This document shows positions 1 through 8,670 of a DNA stretch of 28,936 bases, one piece after another; position 1 is the first letter of the stretch, and every line of letters begins with the position of its first letter. The notes below the pieces were generated by a model. The model worked only from the letters and a program-made list of their open reading frames with translations, made no database searches and was not told the origin of the DNA. The position numbers and the translations under genes were made by a program. The stretch is from an uncultured Deinococcaceae bacterium. GTDB lineage: Bacteria > Deinococcota > Deinococci > Deinococcales > Deinococcaceae. The stretch is from contig CAXULY010000054.1 of NCBI GenBank assembly GCA_964252075.1, forward strand, positions 1 through 28,936. The letters run 5' to 3'.

Positions 1-458
1 TGGCCGGTCGCAAGACGAAACTCACGCCCGAGCTGCAGCAGCGGTTCATCAAGGCGCTCCGCGCCGGCAACTGGATCGAAACCTGCTGCGACTACGTCGG
101 CATCACCCCCGCCACCTACTACGACTGGATGCGCCGCGCCGACGAGCCCGGCAAAGCGAACCGGCCATTTCTTGAATTTTCAGAGGCAGTCCGGGAGGCG
201 CGCGCCGCGGTGGAGATCGAGAGCGTCGCCCGCATCCGCCTCGCCGGCAGCAAAGGGAACCTCAAGGCCGACATCTTCTTCCTCGAGCGCAGCTACCCCG
301 AACGGTGGGGCCGCAAACGCCTGGAGATCACCGGCAAGGACGGCCAGCCCCTCAACCCGACCGCGCCCCGCACGCCGCTCGACCTGAGCAGCCTCAGCGA
401 CGCCGAGCTCGAACTGCTGGAGAAACTCCAGCAGCGCGCCGCCACAGAGCCCGAATGA
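1..458 (+). CDS. Terminase small subunit-like HTH protein, paralogue 1 (start codon one base before the window)
   Basis: Frame of ORF 129..458 is open to base 3: (xTG) A-G-R-K-T-K-L-T-P-E-L...GNWIETCCDYVGITPATYYDW (HTH), then FFLERSYPERWGRK..EITGKDGQP..DLSSLSDAEL, typical TerS motifs. Confidence 0.8.
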   Translation, partial: AGRKTKLTPELQQRFIKALRAGNWIETCCDYVGITPATYYDWMRRADEPGKANRPFLEFSEAVREARAAVEIESVARIRLAGSKGNLKADIFFLERSYPERWGRKRLEITGKDGQPLNPTAPRTPLDLSSLSDAELELLEKLQQRAATEPE

Positions 459-487
459 CCCCCCAGCCCCGAAGGAGGTGATCAGCC

Positions 488-1174
488 ATTGCCCGCCCCA
501 AAGAGCCCAGGCGTCCACCTGGGCGGCCCGTCAAGATCAACGAGGAGCTCGTCCGCAGCATGCTCAAGATGTTCGAGGCGGGCAACCCCATCACCGTCGT
601 CGCCGAACACCACGGCCTCGTCACCAGCACCTTCCACGACTGGATGCAGCGCAGCGACGAAGCCAGCGAAGCCGAAGACCACGAGTCCCCATTTTTCGGA
701 TTTTCGGACAGGGTCCGCGCTTCCCGTGCACGCGCCCAGGAAAAGGCGCTCAAGATCGTCTGGGACGCCGTCAAGGGCGGACGGAAGGTTAAGAAGACCG
801 TCACGAAAGAGGTCATCCTGGCGCGCCGCGCGCCCGACCGCGACTGGTCGCCGTTCGAGAAGGAGTACCCAACCTTCCCGGACGACGTGGACGTCGAGGA
901 CAAACTCATCAGCAAGGAAGTCACCACGACCGAGTACGAGACGCTGCCCAACACGCAGCTGGCGGTGTGGTACCTCGAGCGCACCAACCGCCCGGACTTC
1001 GGCCGCACCGTGGGCCTCACGGGCGGGGATGGCGTGGGGCCCGTGCGGATCGAGCGCGTCGACCCGAGGAAGCTGACGGATGACGAGCTCGATCAGCTCG
1101 AGGCCATCTTCGAGGAAGCAGACGGTCGCGCAACTCCCGACGCCGGAGGAGGTCCGTCAGGAGAAGACGCGTAG
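488..1174 (+). CDS. Terminase small subunit-like HTH protein, paralogue 2 (probable ATT start at 488; first ATG at 560)
   Basis: AAGGAGGTG at 472-480, in-frame TGA 479-481, then ATT-GCC-CGC-CCC (xARP...GRPVKINEEL); HTH and WYLERT.RPDFGR...DPRKLTDDEL match paralogue 1; overlaps TerL. Confidence 0.75.
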   Translation: MARPKEPRRPPGRPVKINEELVRSMLKMFEAGNPITVVAEHHGLVTSTFHDWMQRSDEASEAEDHESPFFGFSDRVRASRARAQEKALKIVWDAVKGGRKVKKTVTKEVILARRAPDRDWSPFEKEYPTFPDDVDVEDKLISKEVTTTEYETLPNTQLAVWYLERTNRPDFGRTVGLTGGDGVGPVRIERVDPRKLTDDELDQLEAIFEEADGRATPDAGGGPSGEDA

Positions 1175-2783
1175 GGCCTGCGTCCGCGGCCTCAAGCGCT
1201 TCATCGTGGAGGGCTGGCACGTGCTGGAGCCCACCACGGACTTCGCGGACAACTGGCACATCGACGTGCTGTGCGCGCATCTGGAAGCCGTCACGAGCGG
1301 CATCGGCACGACGGAAGGCATCAAGCGGCTGCTGATGAACATCCCGCCCGGGCACATGAAGTCCCTGGTCGTGAACGTGTTCTGGCCGGCCTGGGTGTGG
1401 CTCACCCGGCCGGACTGGCGCGCGGTGTTCTTCAGTTACGACAGCGCGCTCGGCATCCGCGACAGCGTGAAGTGCCGCGACCTGATCACCAGCCGCTGGT
1501 ACCAGGACACCTTCAGGCCGGAGTGGCGCCTGAAGCCCGACCAGAACGAGAAATCGTACTACTTCAACACCGCGCGCGGCTTCCGCCTCTTCCTGACCGT
1601 GGCGGGCGCCAGCACCGGGCACCGCGGCGACGCGCTGATCATCGACGACCCCATCAACGCCATCGACGTGCTGAGCGACAAGGAACGCCAGAAGGTCCTC
1701 ACCTGGTGGGACCAGGCGCTCGGCAACCGCCTGAACAACATGCAGCACGGCGCGTTCGTGATCATCATGCAGCGCCTGCACGTCGAGGACCTCAGCGGGC
1801 ACGTCCTCGCCACGCAGGGCGACAACCACGCGCTCGGCGGGTACGACCACGTCCTCCTCGCCAGCCGCTACGACCCGAAGCTCGCGAAAGGCCCCACCAG
1901 CATCGGGTGGGTGGACCCCCGCACCACGCCCGGCGAACTGCTGTTCCCCAGCATGTTCCCAGCCGCGGTGCTGGACGACGCCCGCAAGAAACTGGGGTCC
2001 GCGGGCTTCGCCGGGCAGCACCAGCAGACCCCCGTCCCGACGGAGGGCAACACCTTCAAGCCGTGGTGGTGGCGGTACTGGATTCCCAAGGACCGCACGG
2101 ACCTGCTGGAGCAACCCATCCGCGTGCAGCGCGGCGACGAATGGGTCACCATCCCCGTGCGGGTGCTGCCCTTCACGCTCGAGGAACTGCGCGCGCAGCC
2201 GATCGGCGCTGGCTTCTTCACGGACGGCGCGCAGAGCTGGGACATGGCCTTCAAGGACACCAAGGCCAGCAGCTTCGTCGTCGGGCAGGTGTGGGCCACG
2301 GTCGGCGCCGACCACTTCCTGCTCGACCAGGTGCGCGACAAGTGGGACCTGCCCGCCACCATGCACGAGGTGGTGTCCCTCACCGGCCACTGGCCTCACA
2401 TCGCGGGCAAGCTGATCGAGGACAAGGCGAACGGCCCGGCCGCCATGCAGATGCTGCGCGGCAAGGTGGGCGGCATGCTGCCGGTGATGCCGTACGGCAG
2501 CAAGGAGGCGCGCGCGACGGGCGTCACGCCCCTCGTGGAGGCCGGGAACGTCTGGCTCCCCCACCCGCGCCTCTTCGCGTGGGCGGACGGCCTCGTGACG
2601 AACCTGACGGCCTTCCCGAACGGCGCGAAGGACGAGGTGGACACCCTCACGCAGTACCTGCAGCGCGCGAACGTCCTCGCGAACGAAACCGCCGACGCGT
2701 CCGGCGCCGCGGACGCCGGGCCGGACGACGCGATGTTCGACGCGCCCTACAGCGAACCGGACTTCAACTTCGACGACGACTGA
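1080..2783 (+). CDS. terL: Terminase large subunit
   Basis: NWHIDVLCAHLE, Walker A MNIPPGHMKS, Walker B DALIIDDP, IIMQRLHVEDL, nuclease motifs SWDMAFK, LIEDKANG, FPNG..DEVD; GAGGA 1066-1070 upstream of ATG. Confidence 0.95.
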   Translation: MTSSISSRPSSRKQTVAQLPTPEEVRQEKTRRACVRGLKRFIVEGWHVLEPTTDFADNWHIDVLCAHLEAVTSGIGTTEGIKRLLMNIPPGHMKSLVVNVFWPAWVWLTRPDWRAVFFSYDSALGIRDSVKCRDLITSRWYQDTFRPEWRLKPDQNEKSYYFNTARGFRLFLTVAGASTGHRGDALIIDDPINAIDVLSDKERQKVLTWWDQALGNRLNNMQHGAFVIIMQRLHVEDLSGHVLATQGDNHALGGYDHVLLASRYDPKLAKGPTSIGWVDPRTTPGELLFPSMFPAAVLDDARKKLGSAGFAGQHQQTPVPTEGNTFKPWWWRYWIPKDRTDLLEQPIRVQRGDEWVTIPVRVLPFTLEELRAQPIGAGFFTDGAQSWDMAFKDTKASSFVVGQVWATVGADHFLLDQVRDKWDLPATMHEVVSLTGHWPHIAGKLIEDKANGPAAMQMLRGKVGGMLPVMPYGSKEARATGVTPLVEAGNVWLPHPRLFAWADGLVTNLTAFPNGAKDEVDTLTQYLQRANVLANETADASGAADAGPDDAMFDAPYSEPDFNFDDD

Positions 2784-2796
2784 AAGGAGGTGACCC

Positions 2797-4365
2797 TTGA
2801 CCCGACTGTACGGACCGAATGGCGAGCTCCTGCCGCCCAGCAGCACCGACGCGGAACTGGAGGCCGTCAGCACCCCGCAGCTGCGCGGCGGCACCCTCCC
2901 CTACCAGACGGACGACGGCGCCCCGCCGTACGCCGCCGCGACCACCGGGGGCTGGCAGTTCTCGACCGGCGACCTGTACGGCGCCACCAGCCAGCGGTAC
3001 GGCGCGAACCGCGCCCTGGCGCGCCGCACCTGCCGCGCGCTGTACCTGCTGCCGAACCCCGTCTTCTGGGGCGCCATTCAGCTCGTCGCGGCCTTCCTGG
3101 GCGGCGACGACATGAGCTACGGCACCCTCGACGACAAGTCCGCGCAACTCGCGCTGGATGAGTTCTGGCAGGCGAACAGCCTCGGGCAGCTCATGACGGA
3201 ACGCTGGTGGATCGAGTTCCTGCTGGACGGCGAGAACGCCACGGTGTTCCCCACCGGCGACGACGACCCGGGCCGGGACCTGCCGGCCCGCGTGGCGTTC
3301 CTGGACGTCGACCAGGCGGTGGACGTCCAGGGCAGCACGGCGCGCGGCGCGACGGCGACGGACATGGCGCGCCGCCTCACGCTCACCACCGGCCCCGGGC
3401 GGACCCAGACCTGGGAGGCCGGCCAATTCGTGTGGACGGCATCGGACGCCCTGTGGAACGACGTGCGCGGCTTCCCCATTGCCGCCGCGGCGGCCGATGC
3501 GAGCGCTGGGCTGATCGCGCTGTACAACCACCGCCTGAACGTGCACGACGTGCAGCAGCGTCTGATCGGGATCTACACGGCCTTCATGGACCCCGAAGGG
3601 AAAAACGCGCAGGGTGAAGCGGACGGCGGCCTGTACAAATGGAACCGCAAGGCCGCGCGCTTCCGGCACCTGCCGAGCCGCGGCGGGATCGTCCCGCTCG
3701 TCACGCGCCCCGGCTACACCGCCGCGGACGGCCGCACCTTCGACGGCGTGACGGAGAAGCTGGAGTTCCCCCGGCCCGCCAGTGGCGCCAGTGACGCCGC
3801 GACGGACGCGCGCAACCTGGTGCGGTTGATTGGCCTGGCCCTCGGCGGCATTCCCGAGCACTGGCTGGGCGAGGGCGGGAACGCCACCCGCACCACCGCC
3901 AGCGAGATGAACACCCCAGCCGTGCGCATCAGCAAGAAACGCCAGGCGACCGCCCGCGGGTACCTGGACCGCCTCTTCCGCACGGAACTCAAGCGGCGCT
4001 TCGGCCCGGACCGGCTGTACACCACGTACCGCTACGAGGCGGTCATCAAGGGCGGGCAGCTCACCCGCCGCCGCCGCCGCGTGCGGGTGCCGGCGGACCT
4101 GTTGGAGGTGCCGTGGGTGCTGCCCAGCATCAGCAACGACGGCCTGCAGATGCTCATCAACCGCGCGACGGCCGCCGCGCAGAACGGCTGGGCCAGCCCC
4201 CAGGCGCTCAGCGCGTCCCTCGGCTTCGACCCGGCCCTCGAGGCGGAACTCATGGCGAGCGTCGGCCTGCAGTTCGGCCAGGCGCGCGCACCGACCACGC
4301 CGCCCGGCGCTTCCGGAGACCCCAGCGCGCCCGACCCGAACGCCGACCCCGGCGAGGACACCTGA
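2797..4365 (+). CDS. Portal protein (putative)
   Basis: 522 aa directly after TerL; AGGAGG RBS and TTG start; portal-like segments EFLLDGE and GIPEHWLGEGGNATRTTASEM. Confidence 0.8.
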   Translation: MTRLYGPNGELLPPSSTDAELEAVSTPQLRGGTLPYQTDDGAPPYAAATTGGWQFSTGDLYGATSQRYGANRALARRTCRALYLLPNPVFWGAIQLVAAFLGGDDMSYGTLDDKSAQLALDEFWQANSLGQLMTERWWIEFLLDGENATVFPTGDDDPGRDLPARVAFLDVDQAVDVQGSTARGATATDMARRLTLTTGPGRTQTWEAGQFVWTASDALWNDVRGFPIAAAAADASAGLIALYNHRLNVHDVQQRLIGIYTAFMDPEGKNAQGEADGGLYKWNRKAARFRHLPSRGGIVPLVTRPGYTAADGRTFDGVTEKLEFPRPASGASDAATDARNLVRLIGLALGGIPEHWLGEGGNATRTTASEMNTPAVRISKKRQATARGYLDRLFRTELKRRFGPDRLYTTYRYEAVIKGGQLTRRRRRVRVPADLLEVPWVLPSISNDGLQMLINRATAAAQNGWASPQALSASLGFDPALEAELMASVGLQFGQARAPTTPPGASGDPSAPDPNADPGEDT

Positions 4366-4832
4366 TGCGGCGCATCCAGCCCCAACTCATCGACCTGCGC
4401 GGCGAGAAACCCCGCCCCTGGTTCCTGGCCCTGCTGTGGGAGCTGGGCCTGTGGCCCGGACGCGCTGGCTTCGACGCGCGCGGCGAGCCCCTGCTGACCG
4501 GCGCGCAGTACCTCGACCTGATGGGCGGCACCGTCTTCCAGCCCCTGCCGCCAGGAGGCCCCATGAACGACATCCCCACGGCCCAGGAGCGCCTCGCGCG
4601 CACCACCGCCACGCAGGACGCCCGGCTCGCCGACGAGCGGCGCCAGGTGGCCGCCCTGATCGACGGCGCGACCGGTCACGCCGTCGATGCGCCCTCGAAG
4701 CTCTCGCCGGAACTCACGGCCTGGCTGCGCGGGCAGGGCTACCAGCTGCAGACCGTCCAGCGTGGGGTCAACGAATTCGTTACGGAGATCCGCTGGGGCC
4801 CCGAAGGCCCGCAGCAGCTCAAGGAGGGCTGA
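4365..4832 (+). CDS. Hypothetical protein (strong internal in-frame restart at 4563)
   Basis: TGATG overlap with the portal stop; internal AGGAGG-cccc-ATG at 4553-4565 in the same frame; high GC3. Confidence 0.6.
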   Translation: MRRIQPQLIDLRGEKPRPWFLALLWELGLWPGRAGFDARGEPLLTGAQYLDLMGGTVFQPLPPGGPMNDIPTAQERLARTTATQDARLADERRQVAALIDGATGHAVDAPSKLSPELTAWLRGQGYQLQTVQRGVNEFVTEIRWGPEGPQQLKEG

Positions 4833-4885
4833 AGCCCGATGAATCCCAGGTGAAATCTGCTGGACGGGATTGTATTCCAGAGACA

Positions 4886-4891
4886 TATTAT
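4886..4891 (+). promoter_or_regulatory. Candidate -10 box (TATTAT) in an AT-rich spacer
   Basis: AT-rich patch ~4840-4905; TANNNT 4 nt before the GTG of ORF 4896 (spacing somewhat short). Confidence 0.35.
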
Positions 4892-4895
4892 CGGT

Positions 4896-5177
4896 GTGGT
4901 AAGACTGCGCCCTGATCCCATCGAACCCGACCTGCAGGAAGACCACCTGCTGTGCCTCGTGATCAGCGACGACCAACAACACCTGCCCGTGAACAGCACG
5001 GTGTTCATCCGTCGCTTCGGCCCCACGGGTGAACGCCCCCTGTACCGCCTCCTGACCGGCACCTGCGACGGCTGCTGGCTCACCGAGGTCGGCGACCCGG
5101 ACGCCGAGATCCGCACCTTCGAGCGCCTCCAGTCCGCGCCGCACAAAGCGCCCTCCAAGCCGGAACGCCACCCCTAA
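4896..5177 (+). CDS. Small hypothetical protein
   Basis: 93-aa ORF with GC3-biased codons filling the gap before the protease; contains CDGC; start uncertain. Confidence 0.55.
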   Translation: MVRLRPDPIEPDLQEDHLLCLVISDDQQHLPVNSTVFIRRFGPTGERPLYRLLTGTCDGCWLTEVGDPDAEIRTFERLQSAPHKAPSKPERHP

Positions 5178-5198
5178 GCGCCCACCACCGCCACTCCA

Positions 5199-5231
5199 GC
5201 AGCGCCCCCGCCCACCCGGCGGGGGCGCTGC
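5199..5231 (+). terminator. Perfect 14-bp GC stem-loop (terminator or mRNA-stability element)
   Basis: GCAGCGCCCCCGCC-caccc-GGCGGGGGCGCTGC; no U-tract. Confidence 0.55.
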
Positions 5232-5253
5232 CGTTGGACCTGAGGAGGCCCTG

Positions 5254-6801
5254 ATGCCGGACCGTATGAACCGAAGCCCCTGTCACCGCGCCGCCCTGTC
5301 CGCCCGCCTCGACCCCCGGCCGCGCCTCCTGCAGGAAGCCGCCGGCACCGCGCGCCGCGCGCGCGCCGGGCAGCCGCCCCGCAGCGTCCTCACGCCCGAG
5401 CGCGCCCGCGCGAAGGGCGTGCACGCGCAGCAGACGACCGAGCACGTCGCGCTGCACGAGGACATCCCCGTCCTCGCGAACGCCGTCCTCAAGGAAGACA
5501 CCCGGGACGGTCAGCCGGTCACGGTCGTGAAGGCGGACGTCGCGATCTGCGACATCATCAACCGCAACGGCCGCTTCTACCCGCGCAGCGCGTACGAAGC
5601 CGCGAACGCCGCCGCGAAAGCGGACCTGGACGCCGGGAAGGTGTGGGGCCTGATGGACCACCCCAGCTGGTGGGAGCCGTACAAGGGCAGCCTCGGGAAG
5701 ATCGCGGCGCGCTGGGAGACCCTCGACATCGAAGACGACCGCGAGATCCCGGACGGGCAGGGCGGCACGCGCAAAGTCGCGATGGTCGTCGCCACGGGCG
5801 TGATCGTCCCCACGGGCGTCGGGCAGGACCTCGAGGCGCTCCTGAAGGGCCGCGTCGCGGTGGGCATCAGCACGAACGCGTGGGCGTCCACCCTCTGGAA
5901 AGCCGCGCGTGAGGTCGACCCCACCCACTACGACCCCGACGAGCTGATTCCCGTGGTGCAGGACGACCTGCGCTACCTGACGATCGACTTCGTGTCCGAC
6001 CCCAGCAACGTCGGCGGCCTCGCCACCACCGAGGACGTCGAGGACGCCGAAGACCCCGCCCCCACCCCGACGCCCGTCCCGCCGCCCACTCCGGCCGCAG
6101 CGCCCGGCACCGCACACACCCCGAAGGAGACCCCCATGAAGATCCACCCGCTGATGAAGGCCCTGAGTGAGAAGCACGGCGGCAAAACGCCCGAGCAGCT
6201 CAAGAAGGACCACGCCACCGAGTACTACGCGGTCCTCGAGCAGATCGCCGAGGCCGCCGCCGAGCCCGTCACGCCCGCGACCGAGGGTGCAGGTGCGGCT
6301 CCGGCCACACCCACCGTCACGCCGCCCGTGACGCCGCCCTCCACCACCCCGACGCCCGAGCAGTTCCGCACGCTGCAGGACACCACCGTGAAGCAGGAGG
6401 GCCGCATCGCGCAGCTGGAGCAGGACCTCACGCACAGCCGCCGCGACGGCCTGGTGCGCGAGGCGCTCCTCGCCGCGAACCTCCCCAAAGTCGGCGTGCG
6501 CGGCGAGGGGGAGGGCGCCGTCGACATGGACGCCGCGTTCAGTGACACCCTCCTGCAGGACGCGCGCGCCGCGAAGACGGACGAGGACGCCAGGGCGCTC
6601 ATCACCGCGCGCATCGAGGACCGCCGCTTCATGACCCGCCACCTCGCCACCCAGGAGGGCGCGAAGCAGGGCGAGGCGCGCACCGAGCACCTGAACCGCG
6701 ACGGCAAGGGCGGCGTGACGCTCCCCACCGCGCAGGACGCGCAGCGCGCCCAGGAGGGCAGCGCGTCCGTCATGGAAGCCGTGGGCTTCCTCGGCCTCTA
6801 A
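5254..6801 (+). CDS. Prohead maturation protease (T4 gp21-like) fused to a scaffold domain
   Basis: INRNGRFYP, WGLMDHP (His), VGIST (Ser), LTIDFVSDPS (Asp); Pro/Thr linker then a coiled-coil C-terminal half; GAGGAGG RBS. Confidence 0.85.
   Translation: MPDRMNRSPCHRAALSARLDPRPRLLQEAAGTARRARAGQPPRSVLTPERARAKGVHAQQTTEHVALHEDIPVLANAVLKEDTRDGQPVTVVKADVAICDIINRNGRFYPRSAYEAANAAAKADLDAGKVWGLMDHPSWWEPYKGSLGKIAARWETLDIEDDREIPDGQGGTRKVAMVVATGVIVPTGVGQDLEALLKGRVAVGISTNAWASTLWKAAREVDPTHYDPDELIPVVQDDLRYLTIDFVSDPSNVGGLATTEDVEDAEDPAPTPTPVPPPTPAAAPGTAHTPKETPMKIHPLMKALSEKHGGKTPEQLKKDHATEYYAVLEQIAEAAAEPVTPATEGAGAAPATPTVTPPVTPPSTTPTPEQFRTLQDTTVKQEGRIAQLEQDLTHSRRDGLVREALLAANLPKVGVRGEGEGAVDMDAAFSDTLLQDARAAKTDEDARALITARIEDRRFMTRHLATQEGAKQGEARTEHLNRDGKGGVTLPTAQDAQRAQEGSASVMEAVGFLGL
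6136..6801 (+). CDS. Nested scaffold protein from an internal start (lambda C/Nu3-like arrangement)
   Basis: AAGGAG at 6124-6129 then in-frame ATG 6136 (MKIHPLMKALSE...) right after the Pro-rich linker. Confidence 0.65.
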   Translation: MKIHPLMKALSEKHGGKTPEQLKKDHATEYYAVLEQIAEAAAEPVTPATEGAGAAPATPTVTPPVTPPSTTPTPEQFRTLQDTTVKQEGRIAQLEQDLTHSRRDGLVREALLAANLPKVGVRGEGEGAVDMDAAFSDTLLQDARAAKTDEDARALITARIEDRRFMTRHLATQEGAKQGEARTEHLNRDGKGGVTLPTAQDAQRAQEGSASVMEAVGFLGL

Positions 6802-6816
6802 GCCCCTCGAGCCACC

Positions 6817-6852
6817 CGACCGGCCCGGACGCGCGAGCGTGCCGGGCCGTCG
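6817..6852 (+). terminator. Stem-loop with GNRA (GCGA) tetraloop after protease/scaffold
   Basis: CGGCCCGG-ACGC-GCGA-GCGT-g-CCGGGCCG; no U-tract. Confidence 0.45.
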
Positions 6853-6876
6853 TCATTCCCTTCCCCGGAGGAAGTC

Positions 6877-7248
6877 ATGAAGAACCTGAAGTACAAGAGC
6901 GACAACGGCCGTGGCGTCACGCTGGCCCTCACCGTCACCGGCGCCGTCAGCGGCCAGATCGTCCTGATCGGCAACGCCGGGCTGTTCGGCATTGCGGAGA
7001 CGGACACCGTCACGCAGGCCCTGATCGACGCCGGCAAACGCCCGCAGGGCCTGAAGGTCGGCGAGGCGAGCGTGAACCTGCCCGGCATCGGTCAGCTCAT
7101 CGCGCCCCTCACCGCGCTGCCCGCCGGGAACGACGGCGACAAGGTGTACCGCGACGCCAGCACTGGCAACCTCACCGCGACCGCCACCGCGAACCTCTTC
7201 GTCGGGTGGCGCCTCAAGGGCTTCCTGGCCGTCCGCAACAACGGCTGA
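6877..7248 (+). CDS. Capsid cement/decoration protein, DUF2190-like
   Basis: MKN...AVSGQIVLIGNAGLFGIAETD...GDKVY pattern; position between protease and capsid; GGAGG RBS. Confidence 0.7.
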   Translation: MKNLKYKSDNGRGVTLALTVTGAVSGQIVLIGNAGLFGIAETDTVTQALIDAGKRPQGLKVGEASVNLPGIGQLIAPLTALPAGNDGDKVYRDASTGNLTATATANLFVGWRLKGFLAVRNNG

Positions 7249-7350
7249 CCCAGCGCGGGCCGACTGGCCCGCCACGGCCGCGTCACCCGCCCCCACGCCC
7301 GCCCGTCCGCCCCAGTCCACCCCTGAGCACCGCACCACCGGAGGAACGAC

Positions 7351-8607
7351 ATGAACACGAACATCCACAGGCTCCGCGCCACCATGGAAAGCGCCGTCCA
7401 CAGCGGCCAGGTCGCGCAGATCACCAAGACCCTCGGCATCACCCACAAGTACGACGAGGGCCAGCTCGCGCAGCGCCTCACCGCGGGCGCGCTGGTGATG
7501 TCAAGCCTCAAGAAGTTCTACGAGGGGTACTTCGGCGCCCGGCGCTTCCGCGCCGCGATGGAGGAAGGCCGCAAGCTGCGCACCAGCAGCCCCGCCGCGT
7601 ACGCCGACTTCATGCGCGCGCACGAAAGCCAGCTCTCCGACCTGCGGCCCATTCGCGCGGAGCGCGCGATCCTCGAGGCGCTCACCACGAGTGACCTGGC
7701 GTACGCGCTGGCGACGCTGCGGGACAGCACCCGCATCGACAACACCCCGGTGTTCGAGACGGCCCTCACGGACCTCGCGGGCATCCTGGAGACCGTGCAG
7801 GACTTCGGGGAGATCCGCACCCGAAACCCCATCCAGCTCGGCGACCGCTTCCTGAAGCGCCGCCCGGAAGGCACGAACCTGCAGTACACCAGCTGGACCG
7901 CCGCCACCGGCAGCTTCACCGTGGTGAACAACGAACTCGGCGTGAGCATCACCTGGGAGGCGCTGCTGAACGACCGCCTCCGCGAATTCCAGGACGCGCT
8001 GTACGAACTCGGCCAGGCGGCCGCGCGCAGCCGCGCGCTGGCGCTGCTGGACGCCATCCGCCGCGGCGCGACGCGCGTCACCCTCCCGAACGGCTCGAAA
8101 GGCCCGAACATCGACAACCTCGAGGCCATGCAGGCCTTCCTGTCCGACCAGACGTACCAGGGCAGCCCCGTGAGCCGCACCATCACGGACATCTTCGTCC
8201 CGAACGCCTGGAAGATCCTCGCGGCGCAGAGCATCCGCGCGGAGACCGTCGGGTACACCGGCGGCGCGAGCGGCGCGCTCGCCACCACCAACCCCACGAA
8301 CCCCGTGTATCAGCTGGGCGACGTGCACGGCGAGCCCATCATGACGGAAGCGCCCATCGACCCCGACTGGACGGGTGCGAACGTGAAGGACTGGATCGTC
8401 GCGGACCGCACCGGCAACCCCCTGCAGCACGCGGTCCTCGCGGGCTTCGAGGGCGGCGCGCGCACCCTGACGCGCATCGCGGAGACGGTGGAGCTGGACC
8501 TGGGGAGCTTCGAGAACCACATCTTCGAGGTGAAGATCAGCGACGTGTACGGCGCGGCGGTGCGCAACCCCACCGCGATCGCCATCGCGAGCGGCACCGA
8601 CAACTAA
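7351..8607 (+). CDS. Major capsid protein (HK97 fold, Mu gpT-like)
   Basis: 418 aa; ALTTSDL, VQDFGE, PEGTNLQY, GVSITWEALLND..LGQAAAR motifs; GGAGG RBS; synteny. Confidence 0.88.
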   Translation: MNTNIHRLRATMESAVHSGQVAQITKTLGITHKYDEGQLAQRLTAGALVMSSLKKFYEGYFGARRFRAAMEEGRKLRTSSPAAYADFMRAHESQLSDLRPIRAERAILEALTTSDLAYALATLRDSTRIDNTPVFETALTDLAGILETVQDFGEIRTRNPIQLGDRFLKRRPEGTNLQYTSWTAATGSFTVVNNELGVSITWEALLNDRLREFQDALYELGQAAARSRALALLDAIRRGATRVTLPNGSKGPNIDNLEAMQAFLSDQTYQGSPVSRTITDIFVPNAWKILAAQSIRAETVGYTGGASGALATTNPTNPVYQLGDVHGEPIMTEAPIDPDWTGANVKDWIVADRTGNPLQHAVLAGFEGGARTLTRIAETVELDLGSFENHIFEVKISDVYGAAVRNPTAIAIASGTDN

Positions 8608-8633
8608 GCCCCAGAGGCAGGGACGTAAACGCT

Positions 8634-8656
8634 GGGACGGCTCTCCTGGCCGTCCC
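8634..8656 (+). terminator. Stem-loop after the capsid gene
   Basis: GGGACGGC-tctcctg-GCCGTCCC just upstream of the next RBS; no U-tract. Confidence 0.4.
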
Positions 8657-8670
8657 TGGGAGGTTCACCC

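Noticed and set aside
489..1076. TTG-started 195-aa ORF behind the strong SD
   Set aside because: Ser/Arg/Pro-rich off-frame sequence; the TerS-like motifs lie in the 488/560 frame
1122..1124. ACG as a third non-canonical start (TerL)
   Set aside because: ATG 1080 has its own GAGGA at workable spacing, so ACG is not required
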